A DNA stretch of 63,378 nt, counting the filler, from Reclinomonas americana ATCC 50394 (lineage: Eukaryota), in NCBI GenBank assembly GCA_048213135.1. It is 12 parts of 12 records of this genome, joined end to end, with 100 filler letters (N's around TTAATTAATTAA, not from the genome) between each part and the next. Parts side by side here need not be neighbours in the genome. Positions count along the whole stretch, not along the records: positions 27,842 to 55,832 come from AFZH01021523.1; 11 more parts are not named here. The stretch is one strand, 5' to 3'. Positions 33,082 to 43,129 of the stretch are shown piece by piece. The number at the start of each line of letters is the position of its first letter. The first letter of the stretch is position 1. The notes beneath the pieces are model-generated. The model had not been told where the DNA came from and ran no database searches. It saw nothing but the letters and a program-made list of their open reading frames with translations. The position numbers and the translations under genes are program-made.

Positions 33082-34809
33082 TTATTTGGCGTGCCGAACC
33101 TCGGGGTCGTCGACGTCTGCAAATGTGGCGAGAAAGCCCAGATCGCAGCCTTCGTCCGCTTGCAGGACGTTTTCGATATGCAGCTTGCCGAACCCTCGTT
33201 CGTAATGCGGCGGCGGCGCGACCCAGGTCGCGCGGCGTGCCGCAAGCTCGGACTCGTCGACAAGGAGGTCGAGAGCCCGTCCCTCCACGTCGAGCAAAAT
33301 CAGGTCACCGTCCTGAACAAAGGCGAGGGGGCCGCCCACGCGGCTTTCGGGGCAGACATGCAGGATGCAGGTTCCGTAACTCGTGCCGCTCATCCGCGCA
33401 TCGGAGATGCGGACCATGTCTTGCACGCCCTGCTGGAGGAGCTTCTTCGGGATCGGGAGCATGCCCCATTCCGGCATGCCGGGCGCACCCACCGGCCCGG
33501 CATCCTGCAGCACGAGCACGCTGTCCGCCGTGACCGGCAGCGCGGGGTCGTCGATGCGTGCGAGCATTTCCTTGAAGTTGCGGAAAACCACGGCCGGGCC
33601 GGTATGCTTCTGCAGGCGCGGATCGGCGGCGGCGCGCTTGAATACGGCCCCTCTGGGCGCAAGCGTGCCGCGCAGGACGACCAGGCCGCCGGTGCCGAAG
33701 ACCGGATTCTCGACGGTCCGAATGACATCGTCATTATAGACGGCGGCGTCGGCGATATTGTCGCCAAGCGTCCTGCCGGTGACGGTCATGCACGACAGGT
33801 CGAGATGGCCTTCCAGCCGTTTCAGCAGGGCGAGCAATCCGCCGGCGTAATAGAAGTCCTCCATCAGATATGCGCCGCTCGGCTGAAGGTTGCAGATCAC
33901 AGGCACGCTTTCGCTCGCGGCGCCGAAATCGTCGAGCGTCAGCTCCAGCCCAAGGCGGCGCGCCATCGCGATCAGATGGATCAGCGAATTGGTCGAGCCC
34001 GAGAGAGCCATGTCGGCGATCACCGCGTTGAGGAAGCTCGCGCGCGTCACCATGCTCCTCGGCCGGAGATCCTCCGAGACCATCTCGACGATGCGGCGCC
34101 CGCACATCGAAGCCATCTGTGCATGTCGGGAGTCGACGGCCGGGATGGAGCTAGCGCCGGGCAGGGTGAAGCCGAGCACGTCGGCAAGGCTCGTCATGGT
34201 CGATGCCGTGCCCATGGTGTTGCAGGTGCCGGGCGAGCGCGACGTACCTTCGCCGAAGGAGCGCCAGGTCTTCTCGTCGATCTTGCCCGAGCGAAAGTCG
34301 TCCAGCGCCTTCCAGGTGCTGGATCCGGTCCCGAGATTCCAGTTCTCGCGGAAATGGCCGCGCAGCATGGCGCCCGCGGGCACGAAGATCGCGGGAATGT
34401 TCATGGAGGCAGCGCCCATGAGCAGGCCCGGGGTCGTCTTGTCGCAGCCTCCGAGCAGCACGGCACCATCGATCGGGTGCGAGCGCAGGATTTCCTCGGC
34501 TTCCATCGCGAGCAGGTTGCGGTAGATCAGGCTGCTCGGCCTGACATAGGTCTCGCCGATGCTGAGAGCCGGCATCACGACCGGAAAGCCGCCCGCTTGC
34601 CAGATGCCGCGCTTGATGTCCTCAAGGCGTTGCGGGAAGTGCGAATGGCAGGAGTTGAGGTCCGACCAAGTGCTCAGAATCCCGATGACGGGCTTGCCCT
34701 GGAAGTCCTCGCTCGTGAAGCCCATCTGCTTGGTGCGATAGGATTTATGGTTGCCGGTTTGCCCCTCGCCGCCAAACCATTTCTGGCTTCTCAATTTCGT
34801 GGGATCCAT
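33082..34809 (-). CDS. IlvD/Edd family dehydratase, sugar-acid (L-arabinonate/D-xylonate) dehydratase-like
   Basis: NSCHSH, GGCDKTTPG, GTCNTMGTASTM (Fe-S ligands), SDARMSGTSYG. Confidence 0.9.
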   Translation of the reverse strand: MDPTKLRSQKWFGGEGQTGNHKSYRTKQMGFTSEDFQGKPVIGILSTWSDLNSCHSHFPQRLEDIKRGIWQAGGFPVVMPALSIGETYVRPSSLIYRNLLAMEAEEILRSHPIDGAVLLGGCDKTTPGLLMGAASMNIPAIFVPAGAMLRGHFRENWNLGTGSSTWKALDDFRSGKIDEKTWRSFGEGTSRSPGTCNTMGTASTMTSLADVLGFTLPGASSIPAVDSRHAQMASMCGRRIVEMVSEDLRPRSMVTRASFLNAVIADMALSGSTNSLIHLIAMARRLGLELTLDDFGAASESVPVICNLQPSGAYLMEDFYYAGGLLALLKRLEGHLDLSCMTVTGRTLGDNIADAAVYNDDVIRTVENPVFGTGGLVVLRGTLAPRGAVFKRAAADPRLQKHTGPAVVFRNFKEMLARIDDPALPVTADSVLVLQDAGPVGAPGMPEWGMLPIPKKLLQQGVQDMVRISDARMSGTSYGTCILHVCPESRVGGPLAFVQDGDLILLDVEGRALDLLVDESELAARRATWVAPPPHYERGFGKLHIENVLQADEGCDLGFLATFADVDDPEVRHAK

Positions 34810-34866
34810 CGGTCACCCTAGATGCGGCGGGACACAAATGCACGTGTTGTAAGTCGAGGAAGTGTG

Positions 34867-34890
34867 TTGACTCGATACATATTGATACAT
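34867..34890. promoter_or_regulatory. Putative -35 box and direct-repeat operator GATACAT-N3-GATACAT
   Basis: TTGACT at 34867, repeats at 34874 and 34884, in the divergent dehydratase/oxidoreductase intergenic region. The same motif recurs at five other promoters. Confidence 0.6.
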
Positions 34891-34962
34891 ACCAGTGTCA
34901 AGTGATCGGGATCGGCGGTGTGCCGTGAGCGTCCCGGCAGGCTAGGGGTCCGGGTGCAAACG

Positions 34963-36366
34963 ATGCAAAAGGCGGAGCTTGCTGGAGCTTTCCAATCGCT
35001 CCAGGACGACCTTGGAAAAGCGGCGGTTCTCGTCGGAGACGACGTGCCGGACCGCAACGGCAACGATCACGGCAAGCTCAGGCCCTGTCCCCCGCAGGCC
35101 GTCATCCGCCCTGTCGATGCCCGGCAGCTTTCGGAAGCGGTATCTTTCTGTCGGCGCTGGGGGTTGAAATTCGTCGCGCAGGGCGGCCTCACGGGGCTCT
35201 GCGGCGGTGCCCGGCCGGAGCCGGGCTGGGTTGCGATATCGCTCGACCGAATGACGGGCGTCGAGGAAGTCGACGTCCAGAACGGCACCATGACGGTCAA
35301 GGCCGGAACGCCGCTCGAAGTGGTGCAGAATGCCGCCGAGGAGGCCGGGCTGCTGTTCCCGCTCGATCTGGGTGCGCGTGGCTCCTGCACGATCGGCGGT
35401 AACATCGCCACGAATGCCGGCGGCAACCGCGTTATCCGTTACGGCATGACGCGCGATCTCGTTCTTGGGCTCGAGGTGGTGCTCGCGGACGGGACGATCG
35501 TGTCCAGCCTGAACAATCTCATCAAGAACAACTCCGGCTATGACCTGAAGCAGCTGTTCATCGGCTCCGAGGGAACACTCGGAATTATCACCCGTGCCGT
35601 CCTGAGGCTTCATCCGCGGCCGCGGCACAAGGATGTCGCCATCTGCGCAGTGGAGAATTATGCGCAGGTGCAGTGGCTCTTGTCCGCCGCGAAGGCGGAG
35701 CTTGGCGCGCAGCTTACAGCCTTCGAGGTGATGTGGCGGGACTACTGGGAGGCCGTCACGCCCTCTTTGGGCGGAAGGCCGCCGATCGAGGGGGCATACG
35801 GGTTCTACGTTCTAATCGAGAATCAGGTCACGCAGCAGGGCGCCGACGGGCGGATGTTTCAGGGATGGCTCGAGGCCGCGCTCGAGACAGGTCATTTCGG
35901 GGACGCGGCGATCTCGCAATCGGAGCAGCACGTCCGGAACTTCTGGGCCGTTAGGGACGCGGTGTCCGAATTCGGCCGCATCCTCGGGGATTACATTTCC
36001 TACGATGTCGGGCTCCCGGTCGAGCACATGGACGCGTTTGCGGCACGGTGCCGGGGCGAACTGGCCGCGGCAATGCCGGATGCGCGGAGCCTGCATTACG
36101 GCCATATCGGCGATGGCAATCTGCACGTTGTCGCCTGGGCGCCAGGGATACGCTCCGAGGCTGCAAAAGACGTCGTCGACCAGGTCATCTACGGAGCGGT
36201 GCGCGAGCTGGGCGGAAGCATATCGGCCGAGCACGGCATAGGCTCCACCCGGAAAAAATGGTTGAGCTACTCGCGAAGCAGCCCGGAAATCGAGCTGATG
36301 AAGCTTCTGAAAAACGCAATGGACCCCGGCGGGTTTCTGAATCCCGGCAAGGTCATACCTGGGTAG
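34963..36366 (+). CDS. FAD-binding 2-hydroxyacid dehydrogenase (GlcD/D-2-hydroxyglutarate dehydrogenase-like)
   Basis: QGGLTGLCGG, GGNIATNAGG, GSEGTLGIIT, GHIGDGNLH, SAEHGIG. Confidence 0.9.
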   Translation: MQKAELAGAFQSLQDDLGKAAVLVGDDVPDRNGNDHGKLRPCPPQAVIRPVDARQLSEAVSFCRRWGLKFVAQGGLTGLCGGARPEPGWVAISLDRMTGVEEVDVQNGTMTVKAGTPLEVVQNAAEEAGLLFPLDLGARGSCTIGGNIATNAGGNRVIRYGMTRDLVLGLEVVLADGTIVSSLNNLIKNNSGYDLKQLFIGSEGTLGIITRAVLRLHPRPRHKDVAICAVENYAQVQWLLSAAKAELGAQLTAFEVMWRDYWEAVTPSLGGRPPIEGAYGFYVLIENQVTQQGADGRMFQGWLEAALETGHFGDAAISQSEQHVRNFWAVRDAVSEFGRILGDYISYDVGLPVEHMDAFAARCRGELAAAMPDARSLHYGHIGDGNLHVVAWAPGIRSEAAKDVVDQVIYGAVRELGGSISAEHGIGSTRKKWLSYSRSSPEIELMKLLKNAMDPGGFLNPGKVIPG

Positions 36367-36530
36367 TCGGTCAATCGATCACAGGTGCACCGCGGCCGCA
36401 ATGTCTTGGAGCGTCGGCCTTAAAAGCGGAACGCGGATTTCGAGAAAAGTCTGTGCAAAATCAAAAGCCTAGAGTATCGGGCTGAATACGTTACCCAGTC
36501 CGAAATTCTGGCATATCATGGGAGAAGCGC

Positions 36531-37364
36531 ATGCCATTGCTGGATCGGATCGGTGTTGATATCGGAGGCAAGCTTGCTGTCGAGGACGCTGTCGAGGCGG
36601 CCAGGCAGAAAAGCATCAAGTTCATCGATATTCAGCTCGATATCGGCGAAAACAGAATCGATCTGTTCGACGATCAGCGCATCGGCCGCCTGCGGGACAG
36701 GATTGTCGAAGCGGATCTCGGCGTGGGTCTTCATACCCTGTCGGCCGTCAACGTGGCCGAATTCTCTCCGTTCCTGTCGGAAGCCGTCGATCGATACATG
36801 ATGGCTTATGTCGATATGGCAGCAAAGCTGCACGCGCGCCATGTCGTCGTCCATGCCGGTTTTCATTTTACGGCTGACAGGGCGCGGCGGATGCAGGCCG
36901 GTCGGGATCGCCTCAGCAAAATCACCGAGTATGCCGAGAGGCGGGGCGTGCTGCTGCTCCTGGAGAATATGAACAAGGAGCCGGACGACGCGGAAGTCCA
37001 TTATCTCGCCCATTCCGTTGAAGAGTGGCGGTTCTACTTCGAACAGATCAGGTCAGGCTCGCTCGGCCTGGCGTTCACCGCAAATCACGCGCACATCATG
37101 CCCGATGGCGTGGACGGTTTCATCGACGCCATCCCGATGGATCGCGTGGGCGAGGTGCGGCTCGCGGATTGCTGGCGCAATGGCAAAGAGGAGCACCTCA
37201 TGGTCGGCGAGGGCGATTTCGACTTCGCCGCGATGTTCAATCGGCTCGAGGGTGGCGGCTTCAAGGGGCCATACGTTGCCGCGTTCGTGTCGTTGGAGGC
37301 CATGGTCGCCGCGAGGTCGCAGTTGGTGGCGATGGCCGCCGGGGCAGGCGTCGACGTCTCCTGA
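36531..37364 (+). CDS. Sugar phosphate isomerase/epimerase (xylose-isomerase-like TIM barrel)
   Basis: VVVHAG, LLLENM, ANHAH, EHLMVGEGDFDF metal-site pattern. Confidence 0.8.
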   Translation: MPLLDRIGVDIGGKLAVEDAVEAARQKSIKFIDIQLDIGENRIDLFDDQRIGRLRDRIVEADLGVGLHTLSAVNVAEFSPFLSEAVDRYMMAYVDMAAKLHARHVVVHAGFHFTADRARRMQAGRDRLSKITEYAERRGVLLLLENMNKEPDDAEVHYLAHSVEEWRFYFEQIRSGSLGLAFTANHAHIMPDGVDGFIDAIPMDRVGEVRLADCWRNGKEEHLMVGEGDFDFAAMFNRLEGGGFKGPYVAAFVSLEAMVAARSQLVAMAAGAGVDVS

Positions 37365-37545
37365 GCCCTTCGGGGAAGCACCTGCAGCTTTGAGAGTTCG
37401 ATCGATTCCGGCGAGCGATATGCGCCGGAATCGCTTCAGCGAGAGCGGAAGTGGGGCGCTGCGCCCTCGTTGGCTGCTTCTCCCCTGCATCCCGGCTGCG
37501 TGGCCCTGAGGCTGAATGTATCGCCTGAAAACTTCATGGCGCCTC

Positions 37546-37575
37546 TTGACTTAAGACATATTAATACAAATAATC
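37546..37575 (+). promoter_or_regulatory. Putative promoter and direct-repeat operator AAGACAT-N3-AATACAA
   Basis: TTGACT at 37546, repeats at 37553 and 37563, AATAAT -10-like element at 37569. Confidence 0.6.
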
Positions 37576-37629
37576 CTCGTGCTCGTTACGGAAATATCCG
37601 GGCGGCGGAAAGCCATAGGGGAGAGTCGG

Positions 37630-38694
37630 ATGAAGATGCTTGCAACAGGTCGGCAGGCTGCGCTCGCTGCGATCACGGCCGCTGGCATGATCTTGAGCCC
37701 CGCAATCGCACATGCGCAACGTAGTCTCGAAGGGCAGCAGGTCGTCCTGTACACGTCCGGCGGGACGCAGCTGGAGACGACGCGCGAACTGGTGATCAAG
37801 CCGTTCGAGCAGGAGACCGGCGCCAAGGTCGTCATCGACGATTCATGCTGCGCCCGGCTGCAGGCTGCGATGGAGGCCAGGCAGTATGTCGGCGATGTCC
37901 TGATCGGAGTCGATCGCGCTGCGCTAATGGCGCGCGACGACCGTGGCTTTTTCATTCACGATCCCAGGCTTGAAGAAATCGCGCGCGAAAGGGGCTCTCC
38001 TGATCCGCTGCCTTCCAAGGCGATGGTGATCCTGAATCTTTATTCTTACGTCATTGCCGCGAAGAACGAGACGCTGCCTCTTCCGCGGAGCTGGATCGAA
38101 TTCTGGGATACGCAACGGTTTCCGGGGTCACGTGGTCTCAACCGAACCGTTCCGCAGGTTCAAGTCGAGGCGGCCTTGCTGGCCGACGGCGTGCCTGCCG
38201 ACAAGCTCTATCCTCTCGACGTTCCAAGGGCGCTTAAGAAGCTGTCCGAGCTGAGGGACAAGACTAAACTCATCCTGAATGCGTCGGGCGCCGACCAGAT
38301 CAACAATCTTGGAACGGGAGAGACCGACTACGCGGTGACCTATAGCAACCGCGCCTATCTTGCGAAGCGGGATGGCATCAAGATCAACTTCAGTTTTGCC
38401 GACGGCTTCATTGCAGGTAACGGCGGCGCGATCCTGCGGGGGTCGAAGAATGTCGATGGTGCCGTAGCGCTTCTCCGGTACCATATGCGGCCTGAAGTCC
38501 TAGCCCGGTTTGCCGAGCGGACGGGCATGTCTCCCGCCTACAAGGCCTCGGCCGACATGATCGAGCCGCAGTATCGGGCGCTCATGGCGACGACGCCCGA
38601 AAATCTCCAGCTTCAGCACATGTTGAATGATGAATACTGGCAGAAGAATCTGACATCCGTAGCCGAGAAATGGATCGGATGGTCGGCGCAGTAA
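37630..38694 (+). CDS. ABC transporter solute-binding protein 1 (PotD/PotF-like)
   Basis: Signal peptide (AHA|QR), KPFEQETG, SWIEFWD..RFPGSRGL, EAALLADGVPADKLYPLDV. Confidence 0.9.
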   Translation: MKMLATGRQAALAAITAAGMILSPAIAHAQRSLEGQQVVLYTSGGTQLETTRELVIKPFEQETGAKVVIDDSCCARLQAAMEARQYVGDVLIGVDRAALMARDDRGFFIHDPRLEEIARERGSPDPLPSKAMVILNLYSYVIAAKNETLPLPRSWIEFWDTQRFPGSRGLNRTVPQVQVEAALLADGVPADKLYPLDVPRALKKLSELRDKTKLILNASGADQINNLGTGETDYAVTYSNRAYLAKRDGIKINFSFADGFIAGNGGAILRGSKNVDGAVALLRYHMRPEVLARFAERTGMSPAYKASADMIEPQYRALMATTPENLQLQHMLNDEYWQKNLTSVAEKWIGWSAQ

Positions 38695-38786
38695 GCGCCG
38701 ACCGTTGGACCGGCAGGAGAAGCGCCGTGCGAACGGCATGGGCCAGGGCGCACAACGCGTCGTGAGGGGGCGGCGAAGTCTGGCCC

Positions 38787-38815
38787 GATACGGGTCCGAT
38801 ACAAGCCCGAAACAC
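38787..38815 (+). promoter_or_regulatory. Putative direct-repeat operator (GATACGG / GATACAA / GAAACAC, 11-bp period)
   Basis: Upstream of SBP2; same core as the other island promoters. Confidence 0.45.
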
Positions 38816-38894
38816 GTCATCGCAGATCGCGCCGCTCGACATATCGGGGAGGCGTCGACGAAGCGGCCATTGCCGCAGAAGTACGAGGAGTCAA

Positions 38895-39953
38895 ATGACT
38901 ACGACTATTCGCAGAACTGTATTCCTGGTGAAGTTTGCAGCAGCGCTGGCGCTTCTTCCTCAGACGGCCGGCGCAGCTAACAGGCCGCTCGAAGGGCAGC
39001 AGATCGTGCTGTATACCTTCGGCGGAACGCAGCTGGAGACGACGCGCGAACTGGTGATCAAGCCGTTCGAGGAGGAAACTGGGGCGAAGGTTGTTGTCGA
39101 TGACTCTTGCTGCACGCGGCTGAACGCGTCGACGGAGGCGGGGCAGTTCATCGGCGACGTGATTATTGGAATCGATCAGAGCAGCATGCTTGCGCGCGCC
39201 GATCGCGGGCAGTTCTTGTCCGATCCGCGCCTCGAAAAGATCGCCCGTGATTATGGTGTTCCCGAGAATTACCTCTCGAAGACAAGTATCGTTCTGCATA
39301 GCTATTCGTACGTCATGGCGGCCAGGGAAGGTTTGGTCTTGCCAAAAAGCTGGGCTGAGTTCTGGGACCGGCAGAAGTTTCCGGGAAGCCGGGGTCTCAA
39401 TCGCATTTCGCCGAATGTGCAGCTCGAGGCGGGGGTGCTCGCCGCTGGCGTCGATCCTGACAAGCTCTATCCGATCGATGCGGATCTCGCTTTCAAGAGC
39501 CTGACGGATCTGAGGAATTCGGGCAAGACGATCTTCAATGCCTCGGGCGCCGATCAGATCAACAATCTCGGCACGGGAGAGACGGATTATGCGGTGGCCT
39601 ATAGCAACCGCCTCTATCTGGCCAGAAAAGAAGGCATCAAAGTCAATTTCACCTATGGCGGCGGCTTTATCGTCGGCAATGGCGGTGCCATTCTGAAGGG
39701 CGCCAAGAATGTCGACGGTGCGGTTGCTTTCCTTGCCTATCACATGAGGCCGGAGGTGCTGGCTCGTTTTGCCGAGCGGACGGGGATGTCCCCGTCTTAT
39801 GAGTGCGCGGCGCAGATGATCGACTCGAAATATCGTGACTTGCTGCCGACATCTCCCGAAAATGCAAAGAGGCAGCGCTATCTCGATGTCGGATACTGGC
39901 ACCAGAACTTCATCAAGCTGAACGACCGCTGGGTGAACTGGTTGGCTCAATAG
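38895..39953 (+). CDS. ABC transporter solute-binding protein 2 (PotD/PotF-like)
   Basis: GAGGAG RBS, signal peptide, close paralog of SBP1 and SBP3. Confidence 0.9.
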   Translation: MTTTIRRTVFLVKFAAALALLPQTAGAANRPLEGQQIVLYTFGGTQLETTRELVIKPFEEETGAKVVVDDSCCTRLNASTEAGQFIGDVIIGIDQSSMLARADRGQFLSDPRLEKIARDYGVPENYLSKTSIVLHSYSYVMAAREGLVLPKSWAEFWDRQKFPGSRGLNRISPNVQLEAGVLAAGVDPDKLYPIDADLAFKSLTDLRNSGKTIFNASGADQINNLGTGETDYAVAYSNRLYLARKEGIKVNFTYGGGFIVGNGGAILKGAKNVDGAVAFLAYHMRPEVLARFAERTGMSPSYECAAQMIDSKYRDLLPTSPENAKRQRYLDVGYWHQNFIKLNDRWVNWLAQ

Positions 39954-39969
39954 AATCCGGACATGAAAC

Positions 39970-39995
39970 AAGGGGGCGGTGCTGGCCGCCTCCTT
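39970..39995 (+). terminator. GC-rich stem-loop after SBP2 (terminator or mRNA-stabilising hairpin)
   Basis: AAGGGGGCGG...CCGCCTCCTT inverted repeat; weak U-tract. Confidence 0.45.
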
Positions 39996-40090
39996 GGTCT
40001 GGTGCAGGTGGGGCGCGTTCATCCGGACAGAACGATCGCGGCGGGTTATCTCCCGGTGCCGCCGGGCACTTCAAGCAAGAACATATCAGC

Positions 40091-40115
40091 TTGACGTGAT
40101 ACAAGAATAAGACAT
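40091..40115 (+). promoter_or_regulatory. Putative promoter and direct-repeat operator GATACAA-N4-AAGACAT
   Basis: TTGACG at 40091 with the first repeat 7 nt downstream, as at 34867 and 37546. Confidence 0.6.
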
Positions 40116-40192
40116 AGCATGACAACTGCTTGTTTCGACGCTCCGGGAAGCGTCGACGCGCCTGGCAATCGCCGCAAAAAAAGAGGGGTCAA

Positions 40193-41251
40193 ATGACAAC
40201 CATTACCCGCAGAAGCGTTTCGTTGTTGAAGTTCGCCGCCCTGCTGGCGTTCGTTCCGCAAATGGCCGGTGCGGCCAACAGGCCGCTCGAAGGACAGCAG
40301 ATCGTACTTTATACGTTCGGCGGCACGCAGTTGGAGACAACGCGCGAACTCGTCATCGCTCCTTTCGAGAAAGAGACCGGCGCGAAGGTCGTCATCGACG
40401 ACTCTTGCTGCACGCGGCTGAATGCCTCGACCGAGACGGGGCAATTCATTGGTGATCTGGTGATCGGCCTCGATCAAGGTGGTATGCTTGCGCGCGCCGA
40501 TCGCGGCCAGCTCGTGTCGGACCCGCGTCTTGAAAAGATCGCGCGGGATCATGGTGTTCCCGAGAACTACATCTCGAAATCGAACCTTATACTTCACAGC
40601 TATTCTTATGTTATCGCTGGTAAGGACAACCTGCCCTTGCCCAAGAGCTGGGTCGAATTCTGGGACCGTACCAAATTTCCCGGGAGCCGTGGTCTCAACC
40701 GCATCTCGCCGACCGTGCAGCTTGAAGCGGGCGCGCTGGCTGCTGGTGTCAGCCCAGACAAGCTCTACCCGGTCGACGCGGATCTCGCTTTCAAGAGCTT
40801 GGGTGCGCTCAGGGCCTCGGGCAAGACGATCTTCAATGCCTCCGGTGCCGATCAGATCAACAATCTCGGTACGGGAGAGACTGATTACGCGGTGGCCTAT
40901 AGCAACCGCCTCTACCTGGCCAAGCGAGACGGAATCAAGATCAACTTCACTTACGATGACGGCTTCATCGCCGGAAATGGCGGCGCTATCCTGAAGGGCG
41001 CCAAGAATATCGATGGTGCTGTTGCTCTGCTTGCCTACCACATGAGGCCGGATGTGCTCGCCCGCTTTGCGGAGCGGACGGGCATGTCTCCTTCCTATCA
41101 GAAGTCTGCGGAGATGATCGATCCGAAATATCGCGCATTGCTACCGACGGCTCCGGAGAACGTAAAGAAGCAGCGCTTCATCGACGTTGGATACTGGCAC
41201 CAGAACTTCATCAAATTGAACGACCGCTGGGTGAATTGGCTGGCTCAATAG
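40193..41251 (+). CDS. ABC transporter solute-binding protein 3 (PotD/PotF-like)
   Basis: GAGGGG RBS, signal peptide, very similar to SBP2 with an identical C-terminus. Confidence 0.9.
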   Translation: MTTITRRSVSLLKFAALLAFVPQMAGAANRPLEGQQIVLYTFGGTQLETTRELVIAPFEKETGAKVVIDDSCCTRLNASTETGQFIGDLVIGLDQGGMLARADRGQLVSDPRLEKIARDHGVPENYISKSNLILHSYSYVIAGKDNLPLPKSWVEFWDRTKFPGSRGLNRISPTVQLEAGALAAGVSPDKLYPVDADLAFKSLGALRASGKTIFNASGADQINNLGTGETDYAVAYSNRLYLAKRDGIKINFTYDDGFIAGNGGAILKGAKNIDGAVALLAYHMRPDVLARFAERTGMSPSYQKSAEMIDPKYRALLPTAPENVKKQRFIDVGYWHQNFIKLNDRWVNWLAQ

Positions 41252-41272
41252 CATAGGCAGCAAGTGTCAACA

Positions 41273-41296
41273 GGGAGGCGGCGTTGTTCGCCTCCC
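41273..41296 (+). terminator. Stem-loop between SBP3 and the permease
   Basis: GGGAGGCG-N8-CGCCTCCC; typical SBP mRNA-stabilising hairpin. Confidence 0.5.
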
Positions 41297-41318
41297 GATT
41301 GCCTCGTGGAAGTGAAAC

Positions 41319-43124
41319 GTGACCATTCAAACCGAAAGAACCGTGATAGGCGGAGTTGTTCATTCCGGCGCGTCACGAAGCTCGGCGCTTACGTCGAAGT
41401 TTAATCTTGCCGGCGCGCTGGGTTGGCCCCTCGTCATCGGATTTCTGCTCGTTACGTTCATCGTTCCGCTGGGGCTTGTCGTATCGCGTAGTATCGGTGA
41501 TCCGATCTATTCCAGTTACCTGGCCGTCGGGCAGAGCGAGTCAATCCGAACGATCACGTTCCGGACCTTGCGCCTGGGGGCCTTTGTAACGCTGATCTGC
41601 CTTCTGATCGGATATCCGGCGGCTTACGCGATGACGAAGCTCGGCAAGGCCGGCCGTGTGTTTGTCGGCATTCTGATCCTCGTCCCCTTTCTGACATCAA
41701 GCCTCGTGCGCACTTACGGGTGGATTGCAATCCTTGGTGTCAACGGACCCGTTGCGGCGCTGAGTACGTGGCTCGGTTACGGGCGGCAGGGCCTCAACGG
41801 CACGTTCTCCGGCTTGGTCATCGCGATGACGCATATGCTACTGCCGCTGATGATTATGCCGGTCTTTGCCACCATGGCGGCGATCGACCGGCGCCAGCTC
41901 CAGGCGGCTGCGGCCCTGGGCGCGCGGCCTGCGGAGGGTTTCCTGCGCGTATACGTCCCGCAGACCCTGCCGGGGGTCATTGCCGGAATCCTGCTTGTCT
42001 TCATTCTCTCGCTCGGGTTTTTCATCACGCCGGCGCTCATCGGCGGAAGTCGCGAAACGACGATCGCCCAGATCATATACGTATTCATCAACGAGTTGTT
42101 TGACTGGAAGCGCTCGACGGCGCTGGCCGTGATCCTTCTTCTCGTCGTCGCGTTGCTGCTGGTGATCGCCGGCCGGTTCATCTCCCTCGAGGCGGCGTTC
42201 GGGCTAAAGCGCGCTTCGGCTCATTCCCGGGCGCGGCCTGGCCGAAACCTTCGATCCGGAGGGATTGCGAAACAGGTTGGGCGGCTTGTTTCATACCTGC
42301 CGCTTCAGCAGCATTTGTCCCGCGTCGCTCATGCCTTCCTTTGGTTCGCGATGGTCATCCTCCTGCTGCCCATCGCCTACGTCATCCTCGTATCGTTCCA
42401 GCCCCTTCGCCTGCTGGCCCTTCCCAGCGAGGGCTTCTCTCTGAACTGGTATCGCGTCGTCTTCAGCAAGGACGAGTGGTTCACAGCCGCCCGGAACAGC
42501 CTAGGCATTGCGCTGATTTCGACGGCGATCTCCATGTCGGCCGGCTTGTTTCTGGCGCTTCAATCGCAGCGCCTGAAGACCTTCGGGAGGCTGGCGGTCG
42601 CGGCTGGAGCCATCGGGCCGCTGGCATTGCCTCATATCGTTCTGGCCATCGGCATCTACGGCGTCTTCATCCAGCTCGGCTGGGTAGGAAACATGGCCGC
42701 GATCGCGCTTGCTCACGCAGCCTTCGCCCTTCCTTACACGTTCATCAACGTGGCGAACGGCCTCGCGAGCTATGACACGCGCCTGGATCAGGCCGCGCAG
42801 AGCCTCGGCGCGCGACCCTGGACAGTGCTGCGCCGCATCAAGATTCCGCTGCTGCAGGCGTCGGTTCTCACCGCCGTTGCGCTCGCCTTCCTCACATCCT
42901 TCGACGAGCTGGTCGTCACGCTGTTCATCGCCGGCCCCTCGCTGCCGACCCTGCCGGTGCGGATGTGGGCGGGTACGTCCCAGAACATCAGCCCGGAGCT
43001 CGCAGTCGTCGGCACGCTCCTCATGCTGTTCGCCGGGATCGTGTTTGGAACGCTTAAACTTGCCCCGAGGCTCAGCCGGTCAGCCCGGAGCGCGGCGCCG
43101 AATTCTCTCGAACAGGGAGCCTGA
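41319..43124 (+). CDS. Fused double ABC permease (PotB-like plus PotC-like)
   Basis: Two EAA-type loops (QAAAALGARP, DQAAQSLGARP) and many TM helices in one 601-aa ORF. Confidence 0.9.
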   Translation: MTIQTERTVIGGVVHSGASRSSALTSKFNLAGALGWPLVIGFLLVTFIVPLGLVVSRSIGDPIYSSYLAVGQSESIRTITFRTLRLGAFVTLICLLIGYPAAYAMTKLGKAGRVFVGILILVPFLTSSLVRTYGWIAILGVNGPVAALSTWLGYGRQGLNGTFSGLVIAMTHMLLPLMIMPVFATMAAIDRRQLQAAAALGARPAEGFLRVYVPQTLPGVIAGILLVFILSLGFFITPALIGGSRETTIAQIIYVFINELFDWKRSTALAVILLLVVALLLVIAGRFISLEAAFGLKRASAHSRARPGRNLRSGGIAKQVGRLVSYLPLQQHLSRVAHAFLWFAMVILLLPIAYVILVSFQPLRLLALPSEGFSLNWYRVVFSKDEWFTAARNSLGIALISTAISMSAGLFLALQSQRLKTFGRLAVAAGAIGPLALPHIVLAIGIYGVFIQLGWVGNMAAIALAHAAFALPYTFINVANGLASYDTRLDQAAQSLGARPWTVLRRIKIPLLQASVLTAVALAFLTSFDELVVTLFIAGPSLPTLPVRMWAGTSQNISPELAVVGTLLMLFAGIVFGTLKLAPRLSRSARSAAPNSLEQGA

Positions 43125-43129
43125 AGATT

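Noticed and set aside
33019..34821. 600-aa plus-strand ORF and similar long shadow ORFs (24502-26097, 53571-54665, 58093-59388, 62316-63350)
   Set aside because: They are antisense to clear family-assignable genes, as expected from high-GC codon bias, and show no motifs.
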